Shown here piece after piece: positions 19,803 through 27,977 of a DNA stretch of 64,000 nucleotides. This DNA is from Bacillota bacterium. Lineage in GTDB: Bacteria > Bacillota > Dehalobacteriia > Dehalobacteriales > Dehalobacteriaceae. The first letter of the stretch is position 1, and each line of letters opens with the position of its first letter. Both the position numbers and the translations under genes were made by a program. Where the stretch lies: the NCBI GenBank assembly GCA_050952445.1, contig JBMNKX010000006.1, positions 90,333 through 154,332 of the forward strand, written 5' to 3'. The notes beneath the pieces are model-generated. The model did not search any database, was not told the DNA's origin, and saw nothing but the letters and a program-made list of their open reading frames with translations.

Positions 19803-21593
19803 GTGTCTGAAATAATGCTAGGTTTCAAAAGAACACATTATTGTGGCGAATTAGGTTTGGAAAATGATGGACAAGAAGTAACTTTAATGGGCTGGGTACA
19901 GAGACGCCGTGATCACGGTGGCTTAATCTTTGTAGACCTGCGTGACCGATCTGGATTAGTTCAAATTGTTTTTAATCCGGAATTTTCCAGTTCTATATTT
20001 GCGCTAGCCGAAATAGTGCGTAATGAATATGTCTTAGCAGTAAAGGGGAAAGTAGGAAAGCGTCCGGAGGGAACGGTTAATACTAATTTAGCTACCGGGG
20101 CAATTGAGGTTTATGCCCAGGAGTTACAAATTCTGAATGCGGCTAAAACCCCGCCATTTTATATTGAAGATAATGTAGATGTTGACGAAACGGTTCGACT
20201 TAAATACAGATATTTAGATTTGAGACGTCCCGAGATGCAAAAAGCTTTAATTTTAAGGCATAAAACAACTATGGTAATAAGGGAATTTTTAGACAGGAAA
20301 GGATTTTTAGAGATAGAAACTCCAATGTTGATAAAAAGCAGCCCGGAAGGTGCCAGGGATTATTTAGTACCCAGCCGGGTGCACCCCGGGGAATTCTATG
20401 CCTTACCCCAGTCACCTCAAATTTTTAAACAAATATTGATGGTTTCCGGGATGGATAAGTATTTTCAAATTGTCCGTTGTTTTCGTGATGAAGACTTGAG
20501 AGCTGACAGGCAGCCGGAGTTTACCCAGTTAGATATTGAGATGTCTTTTATGGAACAGGATGATATTTTAACCCTAATGGAAGAAATGATGGCAAGTATC
20601 TTTGAACAGGTTTTAGATCAGCATATTTCCACCCCTTTTCCACGTCTCAGCTATGATGATGCTATGGGTAAATACGGATCTGACAAGCCGGATTTGCGTT
20701 TTGATATTCCCTTATTTGATATTTCTGAGGTGGCACAGACTTGTGATTTTAAAGTTTTTGCCGGTGCATTGAAATCGGGAGGGCAGGTAAAAGGAATTAA
20801 TGCCTCTGGCTGTGGTAATTATTCCAGAAAAGAAATTGATGATTTAACTAAATATGTTAGTATTTATGGGGCTAAGGGTTTGGCTTGGATGGTTGTAACT
20901 GAGGAAGGGATAAAGTCTCCTATTGCTAAATTTTTTAGCGAGGAACAAATAAGTAAAATCAAAAGCTTGATGAAGGCAAAACCCGGTGACCTTTTACTTT
21001 TTGTAGCAGATAAGCCCTCAGTGGTCGCAGATAGTTTAGGACACCTGCGTTTGGAAATTGCTCGAAGAGAAGAATTAATTGACCAAAATGTATTTAATTT
21101 TGCTTGGGTAGTAGATTTTCCCCTGTTGGAGTACGATGAGGGGGAAAAAAGATGGGTTGCCATCCATCATCCTTTTACTGCTCCTAAAGATGAGGACATA
21201 GATTTATTAAGTACAGAACCAAGTAGAGTCAGGGCTAAGGCCTATGATTTGGTACTAAATGGTATCGAATTAGGCGGAGGCAGTATCCGTATACACCGAC
21301 GTGAAACACAAGAGCAATTATTTAAACTTTTAGGTCTTTCCCAGGAGGAGGCTTATGATAAATTTGGTTATTTGCTAGAAGCTTTTGAATATGGAACTCC
21401 TCCCCACGGAGGAATTGCTTTTGGTATTGATAGGCTTATGATGCTGATGACAAAGCGGGATACTATCCGGGATGTTATCGCCTTTCCTAAAACCCAAAGC
21501 GCTACTGATTTGATGATTCAAGCTCCGGGACCGGTTGCTTTAAAACAGCTTAAAGAGCTTCATATTAAAATTAGCGCTGTTTCTGCAAAGTAA
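19803..21593 (+). CDS. aspS: Aspartate--tRNA ligase
   Basis: OB-fold N-terminus (KRTHYCGEL), [26 protein letters not shown] and [11 protein letters not shown] 19803 is preferred (GGGAGG RBS, 7-nt spacing). Confidence 0.93.
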   Translation: MSEIMLGFKRTHYCGELGLENDGQEVTLMGWVQRRRDHGGLIFVDLRDRSGLVQIVFNPEFSSSIFALAEIVRNEYVLAVKGKVGKRPEGTVNTNLATGAIEVYAQELQILNAAKTPPFYIEDNVDVDETVRLKYRYLDLRRPEMQKALILRHKTTMVIREFLDRKGFLEIETPMLIKSSPEGARDYLVPSRVHPGEFYALPQSPQIFKQILMVSGMDKYFQIVRCFRDEDLRADRQPEFTQLDIEMSFMEQDDILTLMEEMMASIFEQVLDQHISTPFPRLSYDDAMGKYGSDKPDLRFDIPLFDISEVAQTCDFKVFAGALKSGGQVKGINASGCGNYSRKEIDDLTKYVSIYGAKGLAWMVVTEEGIKSPIAKFFSEEQISKIKSLMKAKPGDLLLFVADKPSVVADSLGHLRLEIARREELIDQNVFNFAWVVDFPLLEYDEGEKRWVAIHHPFTAPKDEDIDLLSTEPSRVRAKAYDLVLNGIELGGGSIRIHRRETQEQLFKLLGLSQEEAYDKFGYLLEAFEYGTPPHGGIAFGIDRLMMLMTKRDTIRDVIAFPKTQSATDLMIQAPGPVALKQLKELHIKISAVSAK

Positions 21594-21652
21594 AATGGAA
21601 AACATAGAATTAAATACATAAGTACACGATGCTGTCCTGTTAATTTCTATAC

Positions 21653-21681
21653 TTGAAAAGTAGTTTTTACTGTGATAAAAT
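21653..21681 (+). promoter_or_regulatory. Promoter of the 6S RNA gene
   Basis: TTGAAA (21653-58), a 17-nt spacer, then an extended -10 TGaTAAAAT (21673-81). Confidence 0.55.
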
Positions 21682-21688
21682 TTTATAT

Positions 21689-21882
21689 AGAAGATAGCGC
21701 CCTACAATGTGCGTGATTAAGCCGATATGTTTTGAGCCAACACATTTTAAAAGGGAACTTGACTTTGATTGTAGCCTTGAAGCCTCTGAAACAGAGGAAC
21801 AAGAAAGCAATCAGGGAAGTACCCACCTGCCGGGGGCAGGTTCAAAACAACGGCAGCACGGCATCTGTGGGGTTATTCTTTA
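21689..21882 (+). ncRNA. ssrS: 6S RNA
   Basis: About 190 nt, non-coding, in the aspS-tcdA(yrvM) spacer where I recall B. subtilis 6S-1 (bsrA) lying. Long imperfect closing helix (AAGAUAGCGCCCUACAAUGUGCGUG...GCCG / CGGC..CACGGCAUCUGUGGGGUUAUUCUU), an apical stem (GAUUG..CCUCUGaaaCAGAGG..CAAUC) and a central bubble with hairpin CCUGCCgggGGCAGG. Confidence 0.7.
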
Positions 21883-21982
21883 TTGAATAAGATAGTATAG
21901 GTTTTAGGGTTGTTAACCAGATCCCCGATGAAGTACTTAAATAGTCTGATGTATTTTATCATTATTAAAAAGGTGTATCTAT

Positions 21983-22717
21983 ATGTTGCATAGATTTTCC
22001 AGAAGTGAAATGTTAATTAGCCAAGCTGGACAAAATATTTTAAAAAATGCTACCGTGGTGGTATTTGGCATAGGTGGAGTAGGATCTTTTGCTGCAGAGG
22101 CAATTGCTCGTTCCGGGGTTGGTAATTTAGTTATCATTGACCATGATCAGATTCATATCAGTAATATAAACCGGCAAATTCATGCTCTTACATCTACTGT
22201 GGGAAGATTTAAAGTTGATGTGATGAAGGAGCGGATTTTGGATATTAATCCTGAATGTCATGTTACTACTATTCGTGAATTTATGATGCCGGATAACGTA
22301 GAAAGGTACTTAAATCAAAAATATTGTTATGTTATTGATGCTATCGATTATGTTCCGGGAAAAATAGCAATTATCAAAGAATCACAAAAACTTGGTCTTC
22401 CGGTAATTTCAGCAATGGGTACCGGGAACAAACTTGATCCAAAGCAATTAAAGGTAGCAGACATATCCCAAACAAGTATATGCCCCTTAGCGCGGGTGGT
22501 ACGGAGGGAGTTAAAAAAAGCGGGAATTTTATCTGGTATTAAAGTAATTTTTTCTAGTGAAAAACCGACAATGCCTGATGAAAAAGTACTTATTGAAGCC
22601 GGGTTAAAAAGGAACAAAGGGCAAATGATAGGTAGTATGGCATTTGTACCTCCTGTGGCCGGATTAATAATGGCTGGTGAAGTAATTAACGATCTGCTAT
22701 ACAGATATAAAAATTAA
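21983..22717 (+). CDS. tcdA: tRNA threonylcarbamoyladenosine dehydratase (ThiF/YrvM family)
   Basis: Rossmann motif GIGGVGSFAAEAIARSGVG..IDHD..SNINRQ. Syntenic with B. subtilis yrvM after aspS. Confidence 0.85.
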   Translation: MLHRFSRSEMLISQAGQNILKNATVVVFGIGGVGSFAAEAIARSGVGNLVIIDHDQIHISNINRQIHALTSTVGRFKVDVMKERILDINPECHVTTIREFMMPDNVERYLNQKYCYVIDAIDYVPGKIAIIKESQKLGLPVISAMGTGNKLDPKQLKVADISQTSICPLARVVRRELKKAGILSGIKVIFSSEKPTMPDEKVLIEAGLKRNKGQMIGSMAFVPPVAGLIMAGEVINDLLYRYKN

Positions 22718-22751
22718 TTTTAATGATTTATCTTAAATTTGTAAATAATAA

Positions 22752-22801
22752 TTGAAAATAAAAGTTTACTAAGCTATAATAGAGATACCTGGTACGGGTA
22801 T
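22752..22801 (+). promoter_or_regulatory. Promoter plus CsoR-type operator upstream of csoR
   Basis: TTGAAA (22752-57), 17 nt, TATAAT (22775-80). It is followed by the inverted repeat ATACCTGGTACGGGTAT (22785-22801), which resembles the ATACC..GGTAT operators of CsoR family repressors. Confidence 0.5.
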
Positions 22802-22815
22802 AGAGGTGATGTATT

Positions 22816-23082
22816 ATGGCAGAGTGTAAAAAGGATGATATTATTCAAAGGCTAAAAAAAATAGAGGGTCAAGTAAAAGGTATCCAGCGCATGATAGTTG
22901 ATGAGAAGTATTGTGTTGATATATTAATCCAGATAGCAGCAATTCGTGCTGCTATAAATAAGGTTGGTGTTAAAATCTTTGAAAATCATGCCAGGAACTG
23001 CTTAAAAATTGCTGCAGAAGATAAAAAAAAGGATGAAATAATCGACGAATTAATCGATATTATGGTAAGATTTACAAAATAG
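22816..23082 (+). CDS. csoR: CsoR-family metal-sensing transcriptional repressor
   Basis: 88 aa four-helix-bundle type with the C33/H58/C62 ligand set (YCVDIL...ENHARNC). The spacing matches the Cu(I)-sensing C-H-C signature. Confidence 0.75.
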   Translation: MAECKKDDIIQRLKKIEGQVKGIQRMIVDEKYCVDILIQIAAIRAAINKVGVKIFENHARNCLKIAAEDKKKDEIIDELIDIMVRFTK

Positions 23083-23090
23083 GAAATCAG

Positions 23091-23172
23091 GATGTTGCTA
23101 CCATGCTACGTAAAATGGTTCCTACATATTTATGTAGTCAAACAAGTTATGTTGGGGTTTTGTAGAAGAAAA
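23091..23172 (+). repeat. Repeat family copy A (short, one-arm fragment)
   Basis: GATGTTGCTACCATGCTACGTAAAATGGTTCCTACATATTTATG..CAAACAAGTTATGTTGGGGTTTTGTAGAAGAAAAT is near-identical to the reverse complement of 32052-32144 and to 37968-38047. Confidence 0.85.
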
Positions 23173-23204
23173 TATAATTATATTTTAGAAAGGGGAATAG
23201 TAAG

Positions 23205-23534
23205 ATGGCTAATGGTAAGGTTCAAACATTTACCGATGCAAATTTTTCAAGTGCGGTATTGCAAGAAGAGAAACCGGTTTTGGTAGATTTTTGGGCTGCT
23301 TGGTGTGGACCATGCAAAATGATAGCACCTGTAATTAATGAAATAGCAGAGGATTTTGAGGGGAAGTTAATTACTGGCAAAATAAATGTTGATGAAAACA
23401 GAACAATTGCTGCTCAATATGGTGTGATGAGTATTCCAACATTGTTAGTATTTAAAAACGGTCAGCCGGTAGAAAGAATTGTGGGATATAAAACGAAAAA
23501 TGAGTTAAAAGCTATTTTAAATGGGCTATTATAA
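23205..23534 (+). CDS. trxA: Thioredoxin
   Basis: WCGPC active site. 109 aa with a thioredoxin fold sequence. Confidence 0.95.
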   Translation: MANGKVQTFTDANFSSAVLQEEKPVLVDFWAAWCGPCKMIAPVINEIAEDFEGKLITGKINVDENRTIAAQYGVMSIPTLLVFKNGQPVERIVGYKTKNELKAILNGLL

Positions 23535-23719
23535 AAGCTGTGATTACTTTTGTAAAAGTATAGTTTTGTAATGATAAAAAAAGGCTGGGTGAACTAGTCT
23601 TTTTTAACTATATCTAGAATTATATTTTCCGGATATTTAGTTATTTTCTTTTGTTGACAATGTACTACACATCGATATAGATTTATCAGCTGGGATTTTG
23701 TTAATTGGAGGTGCGTTCA

Positions 23720-25048
23720 TTGGACTTATTTGATTTTTCCCGGACAGAGATATTAAAAAAATCTGCTCCACTTGCTGCTCGAATGCGTCCTCAAAATTTA
23801 GACGAATTTATTGGTCAGGAAGAAATAATAGGAAAAGGAAAATTACTACGCAGATCCATTGAAACAGATCAACTCACTTCAGTAATTTTCTATGGCCCAC
23901 CAGGTTCTGGAAAGACGACTCTTGCTCAGATAATTGCTCAGACGACACAGAGCAGGTTTGAGCAAATTAGTGCTGTGACGGCAGGTATTTTGGAATTAAG
24001 AAAAATTATTCAAAATGCAAAAGAACAGTTGGGGATATCAGGAAGAAAATCTGTGCTTTTTATTGATGAAATACATCGTTTTAATAAGGCCCAGCAGGAT
24101 GCCTTGCTTCCTGCTGTAGAGGAAGGAATTATTATTCTCATTGGTGCAACAACGGAAAACCCTTATTTTGAAGTTAATACTGCTCTTCTTTCCCGGTCAA
24201 TAATATTTCAGTTTAAAGCACTTACAGAGGAAGATGTGCGGAAAATTCTCAAGGCGGCAATGAATGACAAGCAAAAAGGATTAGGTATGTATTCTATAAA
24301 ACTTCATGAAGCAGCGCAAAGTCATTTTGTGGAAATAGCTGGTGGAGATGCCAGAGTAGCTCTGAATGCCTTTGAATTAGCTGTTTTAAGTACTCCACCA
24401 AACAAAGAGGGAGTAAGGGAAATTACGTTGGAAATAGCAGAACAATCTGTTCAAAGACGGTCAGTTCGGTATGACAAAAGCGGAGATAATCATTATGATG
24501 TTACTTCAGCGTTTATTAAAAGCATGAGAGGCTCAGATCCTGATGCAGTTCTTCATTGGCTGGCCCGCATGATAGATGCAGGTGAAGACCCGAATTTTAT
24601 TATGCGCCGTATTATTATTTGTGCTGCGGAAGATGTGGGGCTGGCGGATCCTTATGCTCTTTGTCTTGCTGTTGCAGCTGCCCAGGCATTAAATTATGTT
24701 GGAATGCCTGAGGCCCGGATTCCCATAGCCGAGGCTGCATTATACGTAGCTTGTGCTCCAAAGTCAAATGCTGTTATTTCCGGAATTGATGCTGCCATGT
24801 CTGATGTTCGTCATAAAAAGACAGGTGAAGTACCATTATATTTACGTGATACTCATTATCCCGGTGCTAAAACCTTTGACCATGGAAAAGGATATCTATA
24901 TCCCCATTCTTATAAAAAAAATTATGTACGGCAGCAGTATCTTCCAAAAGAATTATCGGGAACAAAATACTATAAACCGTCAGGAAATGGATATGAGGAT
25001 AATATTCAGCAAAGGTTAGGAGAACTGGGACTGAGAGAAAAGGAGTGA
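23720..25048 (+). CDS. rarA: Replication-associated recombination protein A (AAA+ ATPase)
   Basis: [20 protein letters not shown] and the MgsA C-terminal domain ([17 protein letters not shown]). TTG 23720 is preferred (GGAGGTG RBS). Confidence 0.9.
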   Translation: MDLFDFSRTEILKKSAPLAARMRPQNLDEFIGQEEIIGKGKLLRRSIETDQLTSVIFYGPPGSGKTTLAQIIAQTTQSRFEQISAVTAGILELRKIIQNAKEQLGISGRKSVLFIDEIHRFNKAQQDALLPAVEEGIIILIGATTENPYFEVNTALLSRSIIFQFKALTEEDVRKILKAAMNDKQKGLGMYSIKLHEAAQSHFVEIAGGDARVALNAFELAVLSTPPNKEGVREITLEIAEQSVQRRSVRYDKSGDNHYDVTSAFIKSMRGSDPDAVLHWLARMIDAGEDPNFIMRRIIICAAEDVGLADPYALCLAVAAAQALNYVGMPEARIPIAEAALYVACAPKSNAVISGIDAAMSDVRHKKTGEVPLYLRDTHYPGAKTFDHGKGYLYPHSYKKNYVRQQYLPKELSGTKYYKPSGNGYEDNIQQRLGELGLREKE

Positions 25049-25057
25049 GGGATGTAA

Positions 25058-26137
25058 GTGAGTCATAAAAAATCCGTACTGGTAGCTATGAGTGGCGGTG
25101 TAGATTCTTCGGTCACAGCTGCTTTGCTAAAAGAGCAGGGATATAATTTAATTGGGGTCACCATGCAATTAGGGACTACGGATGAAACAAACTCGGAAGG
25201 ATGCTGCAATATTTCTGCGATAGAGGATGCGCGCCAGGTAGCACACCAATTGGAGATACCATTTTATGTTGTGAATTTTCGTGAATTATTTCAAGAAAAG
25301 GTTGTAGATTATTTTCTTAATGAATATTTGGAAGGGAAAACGCCAAACCCGTGTATTGCCTGTAATCGGCATGTGAAATTTTCTGCTCTTTTTAACAAGG
25401 CAGTTGATCTGGGAGTTGATTTTATTGCCACGGGACATTATGCACGGATTTTTTATGATCCAAGTTACGGTCGTTATTTAATGAAAATGGCGGAAGACCG
25501 CTCTAAAGATCAGACATATGTATTATACAGTTTATCTCAAGACAAACTTTCTAAGATATTAATGCCCTTAGGTGAATATACGAAATCCGATATCCGTATT
25601 AAGGCAAAAGAGCTTGGTCTGTCAGTTGCCGAAAAACCAGAGAGTCAAGAAATTTGTTTTATTACAGATAATAATTACCGGCGTTTTATTAAAGAAAAGG
25701 CAGGAAATAAAATTAAACCCGGGCCATATCTAGACACTAAAGGTAATGTAATTGGGCGGCATGAAGGTTTACCCTACTATACTGTCGGACAGCGGAAGGG
25801 CTTAGGACTTGCTTTGGGAAAACCGATTTATGTGATAGATATTGACCCTGAGAGAAATGCGATTATTATTGGGGATAATGAAGATCTAATGAGGAAATCA
25901 CTTATTTCCGGGAAAAATAATTTTATTTTATTTGACCGTTTGGATAAGCCAATGGAAGTTATGGCAAAAATACGCTATAAGACTTTGGCAGCTCCTGCTG
26001 TAATAAGTCCTCTGGAAGATGGCCGGGTTAAGGTGGATTTTCAGGAGCCTCAACGAGCCATCACCCCAGGTCAAGCAGTGGTCTATTATTGGGAAGAATT
26101 TTGTTTAGGTGGAGGAATTATCGAGAAAGCTCTCTAA
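25058..26137 (+). CDS. mnmA: tRNA 2-thiouridine(34) synthase MnmA
   Basis: PP-loop SGGVDSS, catalytic Cys region NPCIACN and a C-terminal barrel. GTG start. Confidence 0.93.
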   Translation: MSHKKSVLVAMSGGVDSSVTAALLKEQGYNLIGVTMQLGTTDETNSEGCCNISAIEDARQVAHQLEIPFYVVNFRELFQEKVVDYFLNEYLEGKTPNPCIACNRHVKFSALFNKAVDLGVDFIATGHYARIFYDPSYGRYLMKMAEDRSKDQTYVLYSLSQDKLSKILMPLGEYTKSDIRIKAKELGLSVAEKPESQEICFITDNNYRRFIKEKAGNKIKPGPYLDTKGNVIGRHEGLPYYTVGQRKGLGLALGKPIYVIDIDPERNAIIIGDNEDLMRKSLISGKNNFILFDRLDKPMEVMAKIRYKTLAAPAVISPLEDGRVKVDFQEPQRAITPGQAVVYYWEEFCLGGGIIEKAL

Positions 26138-26304
26138 AACAGATAAAGAATAATTTATTATATAAAATCGTTTAAGGAAACATACTTAAAGTAAGATCCT
26201 TTTACGATTTTTTTCTCTTATTTTGGTTAAAATAAGAAGAATAGGATAGTGATTCATAGGTAATCGGGTTTCTTGGGTATGAGGAAAAGAAGGAAGGTGT
26301 TTCA

Positions 26305-26496
26305 ATGATTTGTCCGGTATGTAATGGTAGGGAAGTTGGAAAAATAGGAGCAAGCCAATTTTTTTGCTGGAATTGTCTTTTGGAATTCAACAACAGGGAA
26401 GAAGTATTTGAAATTACTGAAGACGGATCGCTGTTGAATTTTAATTCAGAAGATGAGGCAGTAGGAGGTGAAATTATTGAACAGGTCTTTTTTTAA
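26305..26496 (+). CDS. Small zinc-ribbon protein
   Basis: 63 aa with CPVCNG...CWNC forming a 4-Cys ribbon. GAAGGAAGG RBS upstream. Confidence 0.55.
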   Translation: MICPVCNGREVGKIGASQFFCWNCLLEFNNREEVFEITEDGSLLNFNSEDEAVGGEIIEQVFF

Positions 26497-26671
26497 GGGC
26501 TTGATCACAGGAGGTATAATTGGGACTTTCATCAGCATGCTAAATAAACCTCAAAAGAAACCGGTTCCTGAAACCAGAATTGTAGATACATCAGTTAAGG
26601 TCCAAAATAGTGCCAAAAAAATAATTAAGGGTATAAATAAGGGTGTATCGGAAATAATGAAAAAACACTAA
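26477..26671 (+). CDS. Small membrane-anchored protein (YtxH-like)
   Basis: N-terminal glycine-rich helix GLITGGIIGTFISML. TTG 26477 has AGGAGG 8 nt upstream. It overlaps the 3' end of the zinc-ribbon ORF. Confidence 0.5.
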   Translation: MNRSFFKGLITGGIIGTFISMLNKPQKKPVPETRIVDTSVKVQNSAKKIIKGINKGVSEIMKKH

Positions 26672-26676
26672 TAAAT

Positions 26677-26699
26677 AGTGAGGGTAACCTCACTTTTTC
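26677..26699 (+). terminator. Intrinsic terminator
   Basis: AGTGAGG/CCTCACT stem, GTAA loop, T5 tract. Confidence 0.7.
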
Positions 26700-26728
26700 T
26701 TTAGATTTATTTTAAACGGAGTGGTTTT

Positions 26729-27772
26729 GTGGAATTATTAGTTCGTCGTATTTTATTAATAATACTGCCTGTATTTTTTTTCTTACTTTTATTAAGGCTT
26801 TTATATTATATCAGAGTTATTCTTATCCCTTTTATATTAGCTATTTTATTAGCTTACATTCTTTTACCTCTTGTAAATGCTTTAGTTAAAAGAAAAGTAC
26901 CTATTACTCTTGCCATATTAATAATATATTGTTCTGTGGCAGTTATAGTTACCTTTATTGCGTTGTATGTTTTTCCGGAAATATTTAATGAATTAAACAG
27001 ATTTACTTATACTGTTCCCCAATATACTTCTACTGTCCAGCAGTGGATTAATGAAATGCACCAAGAATACAGCAGATTTAATCTGCCGGAGAGTATTAGA
27101 CAAATTATTGATGAAACCATAGTATCAGTAGAATCAAAACTAGTGAATATCATCAGAAATTTTGCTTCGTTTCTCATTAATCTGTTTAGTTATTCCCTTA
27201 GTCTCATTATAGTTCCCATACTCACATTTTACTTTTTGAAAGACCATGAGATAATCAGCAAAAAAATAGTATCTTATTTACCTCGGGCCTACCAAGAAGA
27301 ATTATTAAGCAATTGGGCAACTATTAATTTACTCCTGCGCAAGTTTATTAGAGGTCATTTAAGTGTCGCCCTTATTGTTGGTACTTTAACCAGTATCGGA
27401 TTAGCTTTTTTAGGTGTGGATTATGCACTTACTTTGGGTTTTATTGCCGGAATAGCCGATCTAATACCTTATTTCGGCCCAATAATCGGAGCAATCCCAG
27501 CAGTTTGTTTAGCCTTTTTACAATCCAAAAAACTAGCATTATACGTAATTATAGTTATGTTCATTGTACAACAAATAGAAAGTAGTATAATATCCCCCAA
27601 AATAATTGGAGACAGTGTAGGTCTTCATCCCCTAGTAATTATTTTTGTATTACTATTAGGGGGCTATTTATTTGGTATTTTAGGTATGTTGTTTGCAGTT
27701 CCTATTACTGCAGTGATGAGGGTGATAATAAACTTTGCCTATCAAAGATTGGTTTTCATCAGGTCAAATTGA
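26729..27772 (+). CDS. AI-2E family transporter (PerM-like permease)
   Basis: 347 aa polytopic membrane protein with the family motif IPYFGPIIGAIPA. Confidence 0.85.
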   Translation: MELLVRRILLIILPVFFFLLLLRLLYYIRVILIPFILAILLAYILLPLVNALVKRKVPITLAILIIYCSVAVIVTFIALYVFPEIFNELNRFTYTVPQYTSTVQQWINEMHQEYSRFNLPESIRQIIDETIVSVESKLVNIIRNFASFLINLFSYSLSLIIVPILTFYFLKDHEIISKKIVSYLPRAYQEELLSNWATINLLLRKFIRGHLSVALIVGTLTSIGLAFLGVDYALTLGFIAGIADLIPYFGPIIGAIPAVCLAFLQSKKLALYVIIVMFIVQQIESSIISPKIIGDSVGLHPLVIIFVLLLGGYLFGILGMLFAVPITAVMRVIINFAYQRLVFIRSN

Positions 27773-27977
27773 CAAAGTAAAAAGTTTTAGATAGAGTATA
27801 AAATATTGTAAAATGATAGCATAAAGTATTCCTTGATAAAGAAAAATAATAACAATTATACTAAAACCATGTTAAAATAAAGATTAGTGCCGGGTAAAGC
27901 CATTTGTTTTTATACATGCTTACGTTTTTAATTTATGGTAATTTGATTGGTTAAGGTTGGAAGAATGGAGGAGAATC

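Noticed and set aside
23092-23286. 64-aa ORF sharing the peptide LLPCYVK.FLHIY..KQVMLGF with the - strand ORF 31949..32191 (a third copy occurs in frame at 37966-38080)
   Set aside because: The shared peptide is just the translated nucleotide repeat. Substitutions between copies show no synonymous bias. The ORFs have different starts and ends, lack RBSs, and one overlaps trxA. Similarity extends beyond the ORF limits.
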